A DNA stretch of 64,000 nucleotides, from NCBI GenBank assembly GCA_937923405.1, contig CALDUY010000020.1, positions 8,777 through 72,776 of the forward strand. The letters run 5' to 3'. This DNA is from an uncultured Gemmataceae bacterium. Its GTDB lineage: Bacteria; Planctomycetota; Planctomycetia; Gemmatales; Gemmataceae. The stretch's first letter is position 1; every line of letters begins with the position of its first letter. Positions 9,035 through 18,589 of this stretch are shown in pieces. Under the pieces are notes generated by a model. The model saw only the letters and a program-made list of their open reading frames with translations. It was not told the origin of the DNA and searched no databases. Both the position numbers and the translations under genes were made by a program.

Positions 9035-10357
9035 TCAGATGTTGAAGAAATATTCCGGCATGGCGACGATGTACTTCAGATTCAACGGCGACCAGCGTAG
9101 CACCATTTTGATGGGCAGCGACGCCATGAACAGCAGCAAATTGATCATCACGAAATAGCGGATGAAGCCCATCTTGATGAAGAACTTGCGGAAGACCGTA
9201 ACTGCCAGTAGTGGTGGCAGGACGAATAGATAGCCGACTACCAAAATCAGGCCGGGCAATTCGCGCCAGATCACGTTGAGCAATTGCGACCCGCTGTAGC
9301 CGGGGAAGGTCACCGTCGCTGGAGAGGTGCCCAGCCATTGTAACCAAAAGATATCCGAAACGTTCACATTGTTCAGCGGCAAGACCTTGTGCGGATCCCA
9401 ATACTCAAACGGAGCGAAGAAGTTCCAGTTGGGACCACGCAGGAAGGTGCCTAGTACGATCAACACTACCCACAATACGAGGAAGCCGAACAAGAACGTG
9501 ACCATCGCGAACTTGCGTTGTGCGAAGGTGTAGTAGCCGTTACCCTCACGGTTGAAGTCGATGTACGGCATGGCGATCAGGCCAACGATGATGAGCGTGG
9601 GCAACACCACGCCCGCCATCCACGGATCGAAGTAAACCAGCATTTCCTGCAGACCAAGGAAATACCACGGCGCTTTGGAGGGGTTGGGAGCCTTGGCATT
9701 GGTAGCTGGCTGCTCCAACGGCGCTTTCAGCAGGATCGACCAGACCACCAGCACCACCGTAGCGATCACCATGCAGATCAGTTCGGTGTAGACCAAGTCG
9801 GGCCAAACTAAGACCTTCTCATCTTCGAGTTTCTCCAGGACCGGTTCGCCGCGTTCCATCCGTTCGTCGTTCTGCACCGCACGATACAGCCCCAGCCAGG
9901 TGAAGAATCCGACCGAGTAGATCAGCATGGTGATTGGGACGTTGTCTTCCTTGGCCACGATCTGTCGGAAGTTGTCGTCCGTGAAGGACCAGCCGCCCAA
10001 CAAGAGGCTAAACATCAGAATGCCCCAGGCGACCTGTGGACGGGTTAACGGCTTGCGCCAGTACAGCAGGGCAGCGAAACCGACCACCGAGAGTACCGTG
10101 TAGGAAATCGGATCGGCGAAGCGATCCACGGTGGTACGAATAATTTTGGGCATGATCCAGCCGGCGTGGAAGATACCATAGGCCACGGCATGAAGAGCGA
10201 AGAAGCCGGCCACGGCCCACCACAGCGTCGCCGAGGCGGGCTTTCGCGGCTCGGCGTAGCGTTGATAGTACAGAGCAAAGCCCACGTTCATCAACGCGAC
10301 TAGTAGGTAGTAGACTCCGAGACCATTTTGCAAGCTATGATCGAGCGTGCCGGACAT
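9035..10357 (-). CDS. Cytochrome b C-terminal domain / b6f subunit IV-like membrane protein, extended (440 aa, ~9 TM helices)
   Basis: Contains PNPSKAPWYFLGLQEML (PEWY-type motif of the cyt b C-terminal domain / PetD). Highly hydrophobic with many predicted TM helices. Lies immediately downstream of the cyt b6-like gene. Confidence 0.65.
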   Translation of the reverse strand: MSGTLDHSLQNGLGVYYLLVALMNVGFALYYQRYAEPRKPASATLWWAVAGFFALHAVAYGIFHAGWIMPKIIRTTVDRFADPISYTVLSVVGFAALLYWRKPLTRPQVAWGILMFSLLLGGWSFTDDNFRQIVAKEDNVPITMLIYSVGFFTWLGLYRAVQNDERMERGEPVLEKLEDEKVLVWPDLVYTELICMVIATVVLVVWSILLKAPLEQPATNAKAPNPSKAPWYFLGLQEMLVYFDPWMAGVVLPTLIIVGLIAMPYIDFNREGNGYYTFAQRKFAMVTFLFGFLVLWVVLIVLGTFLRGPNWNFFAPFEYWDPHKVLPLNNVNVSDIFWLQWLGTSPATVTFPGYSGSQLLNVIWRELPGLILVVGYLFVLPPLLAVTVFRKFFIKMGFIRYFVMINLLLFMASLPIKMVLRWSPLNLKYIVAMPEYFFNI

Positions 10358-10440
10358 ATCTCATCCTCAATGGCAGAATTCAGAATGCCCAATGCAGAAG
10401 ACAGAGCTTCCTATCGTCTACAGTCTGCATTCGGAATTCC

Positions 10441-11214
10441 TTACATGGGTCCACTAATACCGCCGTCCTTTCGGACACGCCAGAAATGTACGGCGATGAG
10501 AACTCCCACGGCGAGGGGTATTGCCACGCAGTGAAGCACGTAAAACCGAAGCAAGGTATCACCCGAGACAAACCGTCCGCCCAGCAACAGGAAGCGAGCG
10601 TCGGAGCCGGAATGGATTAGCGGCACACCACCCACTTGGAGAAACGTCGCTCCAGGCCCTTCGTGGCCGAGAAATGGCGTTGCACGAGCCATGTTGCTGC
10701 CCACGGTGATGGCCCAAATGGCCAGCTGGTCCCACGGCAACAGATAGCCCGTGAAGCTCAGCAGCAAGGTCAAGACCAGAAGCAAAACGCCAACTCCCCA
10801 GTTAAACTCTCTTGGTGGCTTGTACGACCCCGTGAGAAAGACGCGATACATGTGCAACCAGATGGTAATGACCATCGCGTGAGCGCCCCAACGATGCAAC
10901 TCGCGGAGAATGCCCAGAGTCGCCACATCGCGCAACATGAGAATGTCGTTGTAAGCATGCTCTAGCGTGGGCCGATAGTAGAACATCAACAACACGCCAG
11001 TGATCGTCAGTTCGAGGAACATGAAGAACGTCAGACCACCCATGCACCAAGTGTAGCTGAGAGCAATACCACTCTTTCGCACACTAACGGGATGCAGATG
11101 GAGAAAGACGTTGGTAAGCATGACCACCACCCGATTGCGTCGATCACGCGGCGCAGGGTGGCGAAAGATGCTCTTCCAGACTTGGCTATTTCGGATGTAA
11201 TCGCCAACCGACAT
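10441..11214 (-). CDS. Cytochrome b6-like (cytochrome b N-terminal domain, haem b binding)
   Basis: [41 protein letters not shown] matches the conserved b6/b helix B-C region, including the His ligands. Confidence 0.8.
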   Translation of the reverse strand: MSVGDYIRNSQVWKSIFRHPAPRDRRNRVVVMLTNVFLHLHPVSVRKSGIALSYTWCMGGLTFFMFLELTITGVLLMFYYRPTLEHAYNDILMLRDVATLGILRELHRWGAHAMVITIWLHMYRVFLTGSYKPPREFNWGVGVLLLVLTLLLSFTGYLLPWDQLAIWAITVGSNMARATPFLGHEGPGATFLQVGGVPLIHSGSDARFLLLGGRFVSGDTLLRFYVLHCVAIPLAVGVLIAVHFWRVRKDGGISGPM

Positions 11215-11226
11215 GAGAGATCCTTA

Positions 11227-11886
11227 TTAGACGTTGATGTAGGATTCCTGGTTAGTCCACTCCCCACGTTCTTGCTGGAACTTCTTGCTCTTGTCGACAA
11301 CGAGCTGGCCGTCATCGGCAATGTAGATGCCCCAGCGCTCCAGCGGACGTGGAGCCGGTCCCTCGAAGTTGATTCCGGTGATGTAGAATCCTGAACCGTG
11401 ACAGGGACATTTGAATTTCGCCGCTGACTCCAACCAGTTTGGCGTGCAGCCTAGATGGGTACAGGTGGTGCTGAGCGCGTAAATTTTGCCCTCGTAGCGC
11501 ACCACCCAAATGTTTTGATCCTTGTACTTCTCGACGACTTTGCCTTCCTCGTAGTTCTCCGGCAGGCCGACCTTGACCCGACTGGAAGGCTCGGAAAGCA
11601 CATTCGGAAAGAGAAACCGCAGGGTGCCAAGCGTCCACAGGGCCATCGTGCCAGCGAACGCTGCCCAGGCAAAGGCAAACGACCCACCGAGTAATTGCGT
11701 GAGGAAGCTTCGCCGCTCCTCTTGTTTGCCTTTGGCGGCAACAGCTGGTTTACTCGCTGGTGCAGCGGGGGTCGCCGGGGCCGCCGCTGTCGTGGGAGAG
11801 GTAGTCAATTCTGACATGGCTAGTCCGTTGCTCCACGGAGGTTGATCGCTGAGGGATCGTTGTAGGGCGAGCCGGGAGGGCGTCAA
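11227..11886 (-). CDS. Rieske [2Fe-2S] iron-sulfur subunit
   Basis: CTHLGC and CPCHGS boxes. Tat-like RRSFLTQLLGGS signal/TM anchor. True start may be the internal Met (MSELTT..., ~11817). Confidence 0.85.
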   Translation of the reverse strand: MTPSRLALQRSLSDQPPWSNGLAMSELTTSPTTAAAPATPAAPASKPAVAAKGKQEERRSFLTQLLGGSFAFAWAAFAGTMALWTLGTLRFLFPNVLSEPSSRVKVGLPENYEEGKVVEKYKDQNIWVVRYEGKIYALSTTCTHLGCTPNWLESAAKFKCPCHGSGFYITGINFEGPAPRPLERWGIYIADDGQLVVDKSKKFQQERGEWTNQESYINV

Positions 11887-12005
11887 CTGGATTCACAGTA
11901 GATACGGTTGTATTTTCTCGGTAGCAAAGCGAATGCCAGGGACAAAACGCCTCTCAGGCAGGACCGCGTTTCTCAGTTGTGGGAAGTGATCCTAGGGCTA
12001 ACTTC

Positions 12006-13037
12006 TCACAAGCGAGAACCGAGCCGTTTACGAATCGTTCGTTCCTGTACCGGTTGAATCACTCCCAATTCAGTAATGATGGCCGTGATCAGTTCCGCAT
12101 TAGTTACATCAAAAGCCGGGTTGTATACCTTCACGCCTTCTGGGGCGATTTGTCCGATGAAGCCGTGCGTGATTTCGCGCCCCTCTCGCTGCTCAATCGG
12201 GATGCCGCCGCCATTTGACAGAGACAGATCAAACGTACTCGATGGAGCAGCAACATAGAACGGGATGCTGTGGGCTTTGGCTAGCACCGCCAGGCTGTAG
12301 GTACCGATCTTGTTCGCCGTGTCGCCGTTGGCGGCGATGCGATCAGCTCCCACGAGAACGGCCTGGACGCGGCCTTCCTTCATCACCTGGGCCGCCATGT
12401 TGTCGCAAATCAGCGTCACGTCTAGGTCGGCCTGCTGCAACTCCCAGGCCGTCAATCGCGCTCCCTGAAGTAAGGGACGTGTCTCGTCGGCAAAGACGTG
12501 CAGTCGTTTGCCCTGCTGGGCCGCCGTGAAAATCACTCCCAAAGCTGTGCCGATTCCCGCTGTGGCCAGTGCCCCAGTATTGCAGTGGGTCAGCACGCCC
12601 TGTCCGTCGCGGAGCAGTTCGGCTCCGTGTTGCCCGATCGCTGCACACATGGCCTGATCCTCGGCCTCGATGACGCGAGCTTCGTCGAGCAGCCATGTCA
12701 CAGGATCGCCCCCGGCAGGCAGTTCCGCCAACCGACGACGCATGCGCTGAAGCGCCCAGACCAAGTTCACCGCCGTTGGGCGACTTGACGCCAGCCGATC
12801 GACAGCCGCGTCGATGCCAGCTGGAGCGTTGGTTTGCAGCCACAGCACCAGTCCGTAGGCCGCCGAGACGCCGATCGCCGGCGCACCACGCACGGCCAAC
12901 TCACGGATAGCGAGCCGCACCGCCTCTAGATCCCGACATTCGCGATAGATAATCTCTTTTGGTAAGCGAGTTTGATCTAGCAGGCGTAGATAGCCGTTCC
13001 TTTCGCCAACCCATTCGACAGCCCGAGCGAGTTTCAT
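12006..13037 (-). CDS. mtnA: S-methyl-5-thioribose-1-phosphate isomerase (eIF-2B alpha/beta/delta-like family)
   Basis: Full-length similarity to the MtnA/eIF2B family (LRLLDQTRLP..., RGAPAIGVSAAYG, FDVTNAELITAIITELGV). Confidence 0.8.
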   Translation of the reverse strand: MKLARAVEWVGERNGYLRLLDQTRLPKEIIYRECRDLEAVRLAIRELAVRGAPAIGVSAAYGLVLWLQTNAPAGIDAAVDRLASSRPTAVNLVWALQRMRRRLAELPAGGDPVTWLLDEARVIEAEDQAMCAAIGQHGAELLRDGQGVLTHCNTGALATAGIGTALGVIFTAAQQGKRLHVFADETRPLLQGARLTAWELQQADLDVTLICDNMAAQVMKEGRVQAVLVGADRIAANGDTANKIGTYSLAVLAKAHSIPFYVAAPSSTFDLSLSNGGGIPIEQREGREITHGFIGQIAPEGVKVYNPAFDVTNAELITAIITELGVIQPVQERTIRKRLGSRL

Positions 13038-13813
13038 GTTCCTTTCCCGTGAACGATGGCCAGCACTTGCTCATGCAGCTTGCCATTGGTGGCGATGACA
13101 TCGGGCGCAAACAGCTCGAACTTGCCATTCCAGGCGGTCATGCGTCCGCCGGCTTCCTCGACGATGGGTAGAATGCCGGCCACATCCCAGGCATGGACGC
13201 CGTGTTCGATCATGATCTCGCCAGATCCCTGGGCTACCAAGAGGAAGCCGTACCAGTCGCCGTAGCCGCGTTGTTTCTCTGTGCGACGAACCAGCTCTGT
13301 AAACTCCTTTTCTTTGTTGGCTTTGAGAAACCAGGCCAGACTGGAATAGAACAGAATTGCGCGACTCAGGTCGGACTGATCGGAGACGGAGATCTTCCGA
13401 GTATTGCGATAGGCTCCATTGCCGCGTAAGGCGTGATAGGTGTGTCCCAGAGCTGGAGCGTCGACGATGCCGGCGATCAATTCACCGCGATACTCCAGGC
13501 CGACGAGGGTGGCCCACAAGGGAATACCTCGGACAAAGGCGCGGGTGCCATCGATCGGGTCGAGGATCCAGCGGAAGCCAGTACTGTTGGGCGTTTCACC
13601 GAACTCCTCGCCGAGGAACCCGTCGCCGGGAAACGCTTGCTCCAATCCTTGTCGGAGGGTCATTTCCGTCTCACGATCGGCGATGGTCACCGGCGATTGA
13701 TCGCCTTTGAGGTCGACCTTCAGCGGCGTATCGAAGTACTGCAAGGCGACCTGGCCGGCCGCCCGGGTGATTTCGAGGGCTTTCTGGTAACGGCTACGCC
13801 AGTCTGCGTTCAT
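13034..13813 (-). CDS. Inositol monophosphatase family protein (SuhB/HisN-like)
   Basis: FLGEEFGE, WILDPIDGTRAF and WDVAGILPIVEEAGG motifs of the IMPase family. 4-nt ATGA overlap with mtnA. Confidence 0.8.
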   Translation of the reverse strand: MNADWRSRYQKALEITRAAGQVALQYFDTPLKVDLKGDQSPVTIADRETEMTLRQGLEQAFPGDGFLGEEFGETPNSTGFRWILDPIDGTRAFVRGIPLWATLVGLEYRGELIAGIVDAPALGHTYHALRGNGAYRNTRKISVSDQSDLSRAILFYSSLAWFLKANKEKEFTELVRRTEKQRGYGDWYGFLLVAQGSGEIMIEHGVHAWDVAGILPIVEEAGGRMTAWNGKFELFAPDVIATNGKLHEQVLAIVHGKGT

Positions 13814-13869
13814 GATGCTCCTTCCGAGGCAGGGGGCAGGGATCGCTCCCGCTGAGCGCGGGAATGAGA

Positions 13870-15750
13870 TTAATCTTTGCGTTTTGGCTCGACGAAGCGA
13901 TCCTTGACCGTGTTGGGCGTCTCGTCGGGCGGCAACTCATACGGCAACGACTTGAGAAAGGCGACGAGATCGTCGAGTTGCTCTCTAGTCAGATGCGAGG
14001 TCTTGCCGTGTTTGTCCTCTTTGTTGCAGGTCGTCAAAACCTCGAGCAGAGTTTTCGCCTTGCCGTGGTGCAAATACGGGGCGCTGCGATAGACGCCGAG
14101 CAACGTCGGCGTGTCGTACTTCGGCCCCATTTTCTCTAGGGGATCGTCCTGACCGGTGCCGACGTCGTGCAGCTTGTAGGGGCGAGTCAACGACGAGTCA
14201 GTATAGTACGGCCCGGAATGGCACTTGGCACAGCCAACAGTTTCCTCGAAGAACAACGCTTTGCCGCGCCTCGCTTCTGGTGAAAGTTTGCCCGGAGCGG
14301 GAATGTGGGGCGAGAGAGTGAACGTAAACGAGTTGGTGTAGATCGCCAGCGCGTCGAGGTCCTTCGATTTGCCGCCCGTCTTCACTTCCAACTCGGTCGC
14401 TTGGAACCCCTGTTTGGGCTTGAGACCTCGACCCAAGAAGCCGGCTCCCTGCATGAGCTGGCTGCGGATCGTGTACTCGAAGTCCTGCGTCTCATCGCGA
14501 TCCGCAGACCAGTGCAACGGATGCGTGTGTGCCAGTCCCATCAACGGCGGAGTGCGTCGCAACCCTTCGGGATTCTTCCACACGCGATTATCGCTGTGAC
14601 CGTCGGGATGGCACGACGCACAGGCGATCCAGTTCCGCGAAGTCAGCGGATACCGTGCGGTGCTGAACAATATCTTGCCACGCACCCACTCCGGCGACTT
14701 GGGCGGAGCGCACACCGTGATCGTCGCCAACGTCTTCCGCACTAATTGGTCATGCACCGTCACTGTGAAATCCAGGGTGTTGTAGATGTACACTTCCTCG
14801 CCATCGGGGGAGGTGCGAATCGCTCGCGGATTGCTCCCCGTGCGACGCGGCATGCCCTCGCGCTGAATCTCTCGATAATCGTCGTCAATGACCCGGCAAA
14901 CGTTCATGTCGTTGGTGCCGGCATAGATCGTGTACAGCCAGCGGCCATCCGGGGAAAGCGCCGTCTCCCACGGATTAGTCACGACATAGACCCCGTTGAA
15001 CGTGTCCATCCCGAACGAGGTGCGTCGAGACGTCTCGCGCGGAGCAACCAGATCGCATACCGAAAGTTGCGGAAAAATCGACCCGGCCCCGTGGTTGACC
15101 AGCACCTTCGAGCGGATGTGCGCCAGGTAGGCTTTTGGCCGCGTCGGATGCACGACCACCTGTCGGGCCAGATTGTCGGTCGAATGTCCTTGCCAGCGAT
15201 CGACCACCTTTCCCAACTCTCGATCGATCGCAACCAAAACTCCAGTGTAAAATTCCGTGACGTAGAGCGTTTTTTCGTCCGGCGACAGGGCGATGCCGCG
15301 CACCATCTCCCCCGCTGGCAGCTCCCGAGTGACACGCCGAGCGGCCACGTCAATTTCGATCACCTTACCCGGGTATTCGAGCGTGACGTAGGCTTTCGAG
15401 CCATCCTTCAGCGCCACGATGCCGTATGGCTCATCCTCGACTTTCAGTTGATGTACAACCTTACCCTGGGCGGTGTCGACAAAAGCGACATGATCATCAC
15501 GATACACCGTAACCAACGCCAGCGGACTGGTGCCAATCCAAGTAGCTCCCTCGGGTTTGTCCCCGACGTGAACCTCGACAACTTTTTTGCGAGTTTTTAG
15601 ATCCACTACAGAGATACTGCCATTATCCGAATTGACCGTCACCAGCTGCGAACCATCGGGACGGACATCAAGGAGGCTGTTGGAACTGCCGCCCAGGGCA
15701 CCGGTTGACAGAAGCAGTAACAGTATAAATGACCAGCACGAACGAAGCAT
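13870..15750 (-). CDS. Secreted beta-propeller (YVTN-type repeats) fused to a di-haem cytochrome c peroxidase-like domain
   Basis: Signal peptide. Repeated ...YV.. / ...LSPDG.. blade-like segments. C-terminal CASCH and RRGKALFFEETVGCAKCH, followed by a PY.HHG...TL...V...L...LVAFLKSL region resembling the CCP/MauG C-domain. Confidence 0.6.
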   Translation of the reverse strand: MLRSCWSFILLLLLSTGALGGSSNSLLDVRPDGSQLVTVNSDNGSISVVDLKTRKKVVEVHVGDKPEGATWIGTSPLALVTVYRDDHVAFVDTAQGKVVHQLKVEDEPYGIVALKDGSKAYVTLEYPGKVIEIDVAARRVTRELPAGEMVRGIALSPDEKTLYVTEFYTGVLVAIDRELGKVVDRWQGHSTDNLARQVVVHPTRPKAYLAHIRSKVLVNHGAGSIFPQLSVCDLVAPRETSRRTSFGMDTFNGVYVVTNPWETALSPDGRWLYTIYAGTNDMNVCRVIDDDYREIQREGMPRRTGSNPRAIRTSPDGEEVYIYNTLDFTVTVHDQLVRKTLATITVCAPPKSPEWVRGKILFSTARYPLTSRNWIACASCHPDGHSDNRVWKNPEGLRRTPPLMGLAHTHPLHWSADRDETQDFEYTIRSQLMQGAGFLGRGLKPKQGFQATELEVKTGGKSKDLDALAIYTNSFTFTLSPHIPAPGKLSPEARRGKALFFEETVGCAKCHSGPYYTDSSLTRPYKLHDVGTGQDDPLEKMGPKYDTPTLLGVYRSAPYLHHGKAKTLLEVLTTCNKEDKHGKTSHLTREQLDDLVAFLKSLPYELPPDETPNTVKDRFVEPKRKD

Positions 15751-15866
15751 GATTTGAAACTCCTGAGGAGTGTATGTATTCGATGAGAGCGATCGAAGTG
15801 TGGATATTATGGAAGTAGCGCGACGATGTTACAACCCGCAGCGAATGCACTAGTTCAGGAGAGAGG

Positions 15867-18284
15867 ATGCAGCCAACCCTAACAGGACTGACTCAGGCCG
15901 AAGTCGCGGAGCGGATCGCTCAGGGACGAGTCAATCGTCTACCGCGCTCCGGCACGACAGAGTTGCTCGACATCGTCCAGCGCAATCTGTTCACTCTGTT
16001 CAATGCCCTGGTTGTGCCAGCGGCTGTGGTGCTATTTCTGCTGGGCGATCTCAACGCGGCGCTTGCGGTCAGCGGCATGATGCTGGTCAACACCGTCCTG
16101 GGTCTGGCACAAGAGATTCGAGCGAAGCGTCAGCTCGATCGACTGACGCTGCTGGCCGAGACGCGCGTTCGTGTGCGACGTGAGGGAGCCGTCACTGAGA
16201 TCCCCTCAGGCGACGTGGTCGAAGGAGATGTCTTGCTTCTGGCGGCGGGAGATTCAATCGTCGCTGATGGTTGCGTCCTCGAGTCGCGCTTTCTCGAAGT
16301 CGATGAGGCGCTGTTGACGGGTGAATCCGATCCCGTACCCCGGCAGGTCGGCGAACAGGTGCTGTCCGGGAGTTTCTGCGTCGCGGGAGAGGGAGCCTAC
16401 CGTGCTGAACGGGTCGGGTTGTCCGCCTTTGCCCAGAAAACCGCCACCGAAGCCCGTTCCTATCAGTACACCGCCAGTCCTCTTCAACAGCAGATCAACA
16501 CTCTGATTCGGATTCTGACCGCCATCGCCGTCATTATGTCGCTGGCCTACGTTGTACTGTTTTTCGCGCGTGGAGCTTTTGATCCCGCCATCGACAGTCA
16601 ACTGCGCAAGCGCGAGCTAGATAGCCTGGTACGCATGGTGGCGGCAACCATCACGAGCATGGTGCCTCAAGGATTAGTGCTGATGGCGACAGTGGCGCTG
16701 TTGCTCGGAGCAGTGTCGATGACTGCCAAGGGAGTGCTGGTCAATCGACTTGCCGCCGTCGAGGCGATGGCCAGCATCGACACCCTGTGCATGGATAAGA
16801 CCGGTACGCTGACGACGAATCACCTGTCGCTGGCTGAGCTGTTTGTGTTTGACGAACATGATCGTGAGCGTGCCCAACGGCTGATCTCGTTGTTCGCTCA
16901 TGTGTCGCTGGATCGCGAGAACAAGAGCCTCGCCGCACTCCGCGCGTCGCTGCCGCCGGTGCATGGCGAACTGCTCGATCAACTTCCGTTCAAGTCACAG
17001 AATCGCTACAGCGCGATTCGGGTTCGTCAGCAGGGGCAAATCTTCGCTTTGGCGATGGGGGCGTTCGAGGCACTGCGCCCGTTGCTCATAGAGCCGGATC
17101 GCGCCGAAACGATCTGGCGCGAACGGATGAACACGGGTTGGCGGCTATTGCTTTTTTGCGAGATTGTCGATGCGAAACAGGAGAAATTCAACGCCTCGTT
17201 GGAAGGGTATCGGTTGCGGCCCGTGGCTCTGATCGCGCTGCAAGATGAACTTCGCTCCGAAGCGCGTCAGGTGCTACGACAGCTGGCCGAACAGAACATC
17301 AGCTTCAAAGTGATCTCCGGCGACAATCCCGAAACTGTGCGAGCGACCATTAGGCCACTGGGACAAGACAGCGACCAACCCACTTTGGCCGCACTCCTAC
17401 ACAATCCCGTAGTCACAGGCAAGGATCTTGAATCCGCTCAGGATCCGATCCGCCTCATCCAGCAACGCAATGTCTTTGGACGCGTCTCACCGTGGCAGAA
17501 GGTGCAGATCGTCCGCATCCTGACCGCTACTGGACGGAAGGTGGCGATGATCGGCGACGGGGTCAATGATGTGTTGCCGATCAAGAATGCCGCACTGGGC
17601 ATCGCTATGGGCGAGGGTAGCCGAGCCACCAAGACCGTTGCCGGGATTGTGCTGCATTCCAATGACTTTTCTCTCTTGCCCAAACTACTCGATGAGGGGC
17701 GCATCATCCTGCGCAACCTGGCTCGTTCGGGGAAACTGTTCCTCAACAAGAACGTCTATTTTCCGCTCCTGGTCGTGGGCATGCTGTCACTGGACCTGCC
17801 GTTTCCACTGATTCCGCAGCAGGTCACGTTGTTGAATGTTTTGACAATCGGCCTGCCTGCCTTGCTAATCGCGTTGGATCGTCGCCGGGCCACTGCAGCC
17901 AGCGGCAACCTCGTCCGGGAGATCGGCTGGTTTGTCCTGCGCTCGGGAGTGCTGACCGCGTTGGCGGCATTGGGGATCGCCTGGATCCACCGAGAGGAAT
18001 CGGTCCTGCTGCTGCGAACGCTGATCGTCTCCACTTTGGTGTTGCTCGGCTGGGTGACACTCTACCGCGTCAGCGGTCAGGATCGACGGCTGCAAGTGAT
18101 ACCGGTGTTCGGACTGGGAGCCTATCTGATGGCTTTGTACATCCCACCAGTTCGCCGATTCCTGGAACTGCAACCACTGGAGCTGAATCAATGGGGGATG
18201 GTGAGTCTGTTTGTTGGGGTCACGGCATTGTTGATGTGGGGCAGTGATTTATGGTCGGCCAGGACACAGCACAAAGCAGAGTAA
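15867..18284 (+). CDS. Cation-transporting P-type ATPase
   Basis: DKTGTLT phosphorylation motif (CMDKTGTLTTN), MIGDGVNDVLPIKNAALGIAMG hinge and multiple TM segments. Confidence 0.85.
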   Translation: MQPTLTGLTQAEVAERIAQGRVNRLPRSGTTELLDIVQRNLFTLFNALVVPAAVVLFLLGDLNAALAVSGMMLVNTVLGLAQEIRAKRQLDRLTLLAETRVRVRREGAVTEIPSGDVVEGDVLLLAAGDSIVADGCVLESRFLEVDEALLTGESDPVPRQVGEQVLSGSFCVAGEGAYRAERVGLSAFAQKTATEARSYQYTASPLQQQINTLIRILTAIAVIMSLAYVVLFFARGAFDPAIDSQLRKRELDSLVRMVAATITSMVPQGLVLMATVALLLGAVSMTAKGVLVNRLAAVEAMASIDTLCMDKTGTLTTNHLSLAELFVFDEHDRERAQRLISLFAHVSLDRENKSLAALRASLPPVHGELLDQLPFKSQNRYSAIRVRQQGQIFALAMGAFEALRPLLIEPDRAETIWRERMNTGWRLLLFCEIVDAKQEKFNASLEGYRLRPVALIALQDELRSEARQVLRQLAEQNISFKVISGDNPETVRATIRPLGQDSDQPTLAALLHNPVVTGKDLESAQDPIRLIQQRNVFGRVSPWQKVQIVRILTATGRKVAMIGDGVNDVLPIKNAALGIAMGEGSRATKTVAGIVLHSNDFSLLPKLLDEGRIILRNLARSGKLFLNKNVYFPLLVVGMLSLDLPFPLIPQQVTLLNVLTIGLPALLIALDRRRATAASGNLVREIGWFVLRSGVLTALAALGIAWIHREESVLLLRTLIVSTLVLLGWVTLYRVSGQDRRLQVIPVFGLGAYLMALYIPPVRRFLELQPLELNQWGMVSLFVGVTALLMWGSDLWSARTQHKAE

Positions 18285-18381
18285 AACGACCGCTAAAGTC
18301 GTACTTGCTCTGCTGGTTTTCGCTCTAGTAGTTCATTGCAGCTTGAATTGTCGGGAGGTTCGCGCCTTCGAGCCTCCCAGT

Positions 18382-18480
18382 GGAGGATGTCAGTTCTCCG
18401 CTGAGTGTCTGCACCACTTCCGAGCGGAGGACGTCAGTCCTCCGTGGATGTCGCGAAGCACGGAGGGCTGACACCCTCCG
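18382..18480 (+). repeat. Cluster of three GC-rich stem-loops (CGGAGGR-loop-YCCTCCG) downstream of the ATPase gene
   Basis: ggaggatgtcagttctcc (~18382-18399), cggaggacgtcagtcctccg (~18425-18444) and cggagggctgacaccctccg (~18461-18480). The last two are perfect 7-8-bp stems. Confidence 0.6.
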
Positions 18481-18510
18481 CTCAGAGGAGTTGTTTCTGA
18501 GCGTAGCGGA

Positions 18511-18530
18511 TCGCAGGCTTCAGCCTGCGA
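18511..18530. repeat. REP-like palindromic unit tCGCAGGCTtcAGCCTGCGa
   Basis: Perfect 8-bp inverted repeat with a 2-nt loop. Same motif recurs at ~53208, ~53252, ~60366, ~60398, ~60437 and ~60476. Confidence 0.7.
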
Positions 18531-18589
18531 AGAGCTTCATCCCCCTGCCGCTACACCTTCTTGAGAAGCGTTCTATACAGAGGCCTCGT

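Noticed and set aside
9021-9401. 126-aa minus ORF overlapping the subunit-IV-like gene in another frame
   Set aside because: Fully nested within a strongly hydrophobic, motif-bearing coding frame. Composition atypical.
14746-15600. 284-aa plus-strand ORF antisense to the propeller-dihaem gene
   Set aside because: Shadow ORF. The opposite strand has clear haem-binding and CCP motifs.
18382-18480. Possible mini-CRISPR array (three repeats about 40 nt apart)
   Set aside because: Units are individually palindromic and differ from each other. There are only three, no cas genes in the window and no leader. More consistent with terminator/REP-like hairpins.
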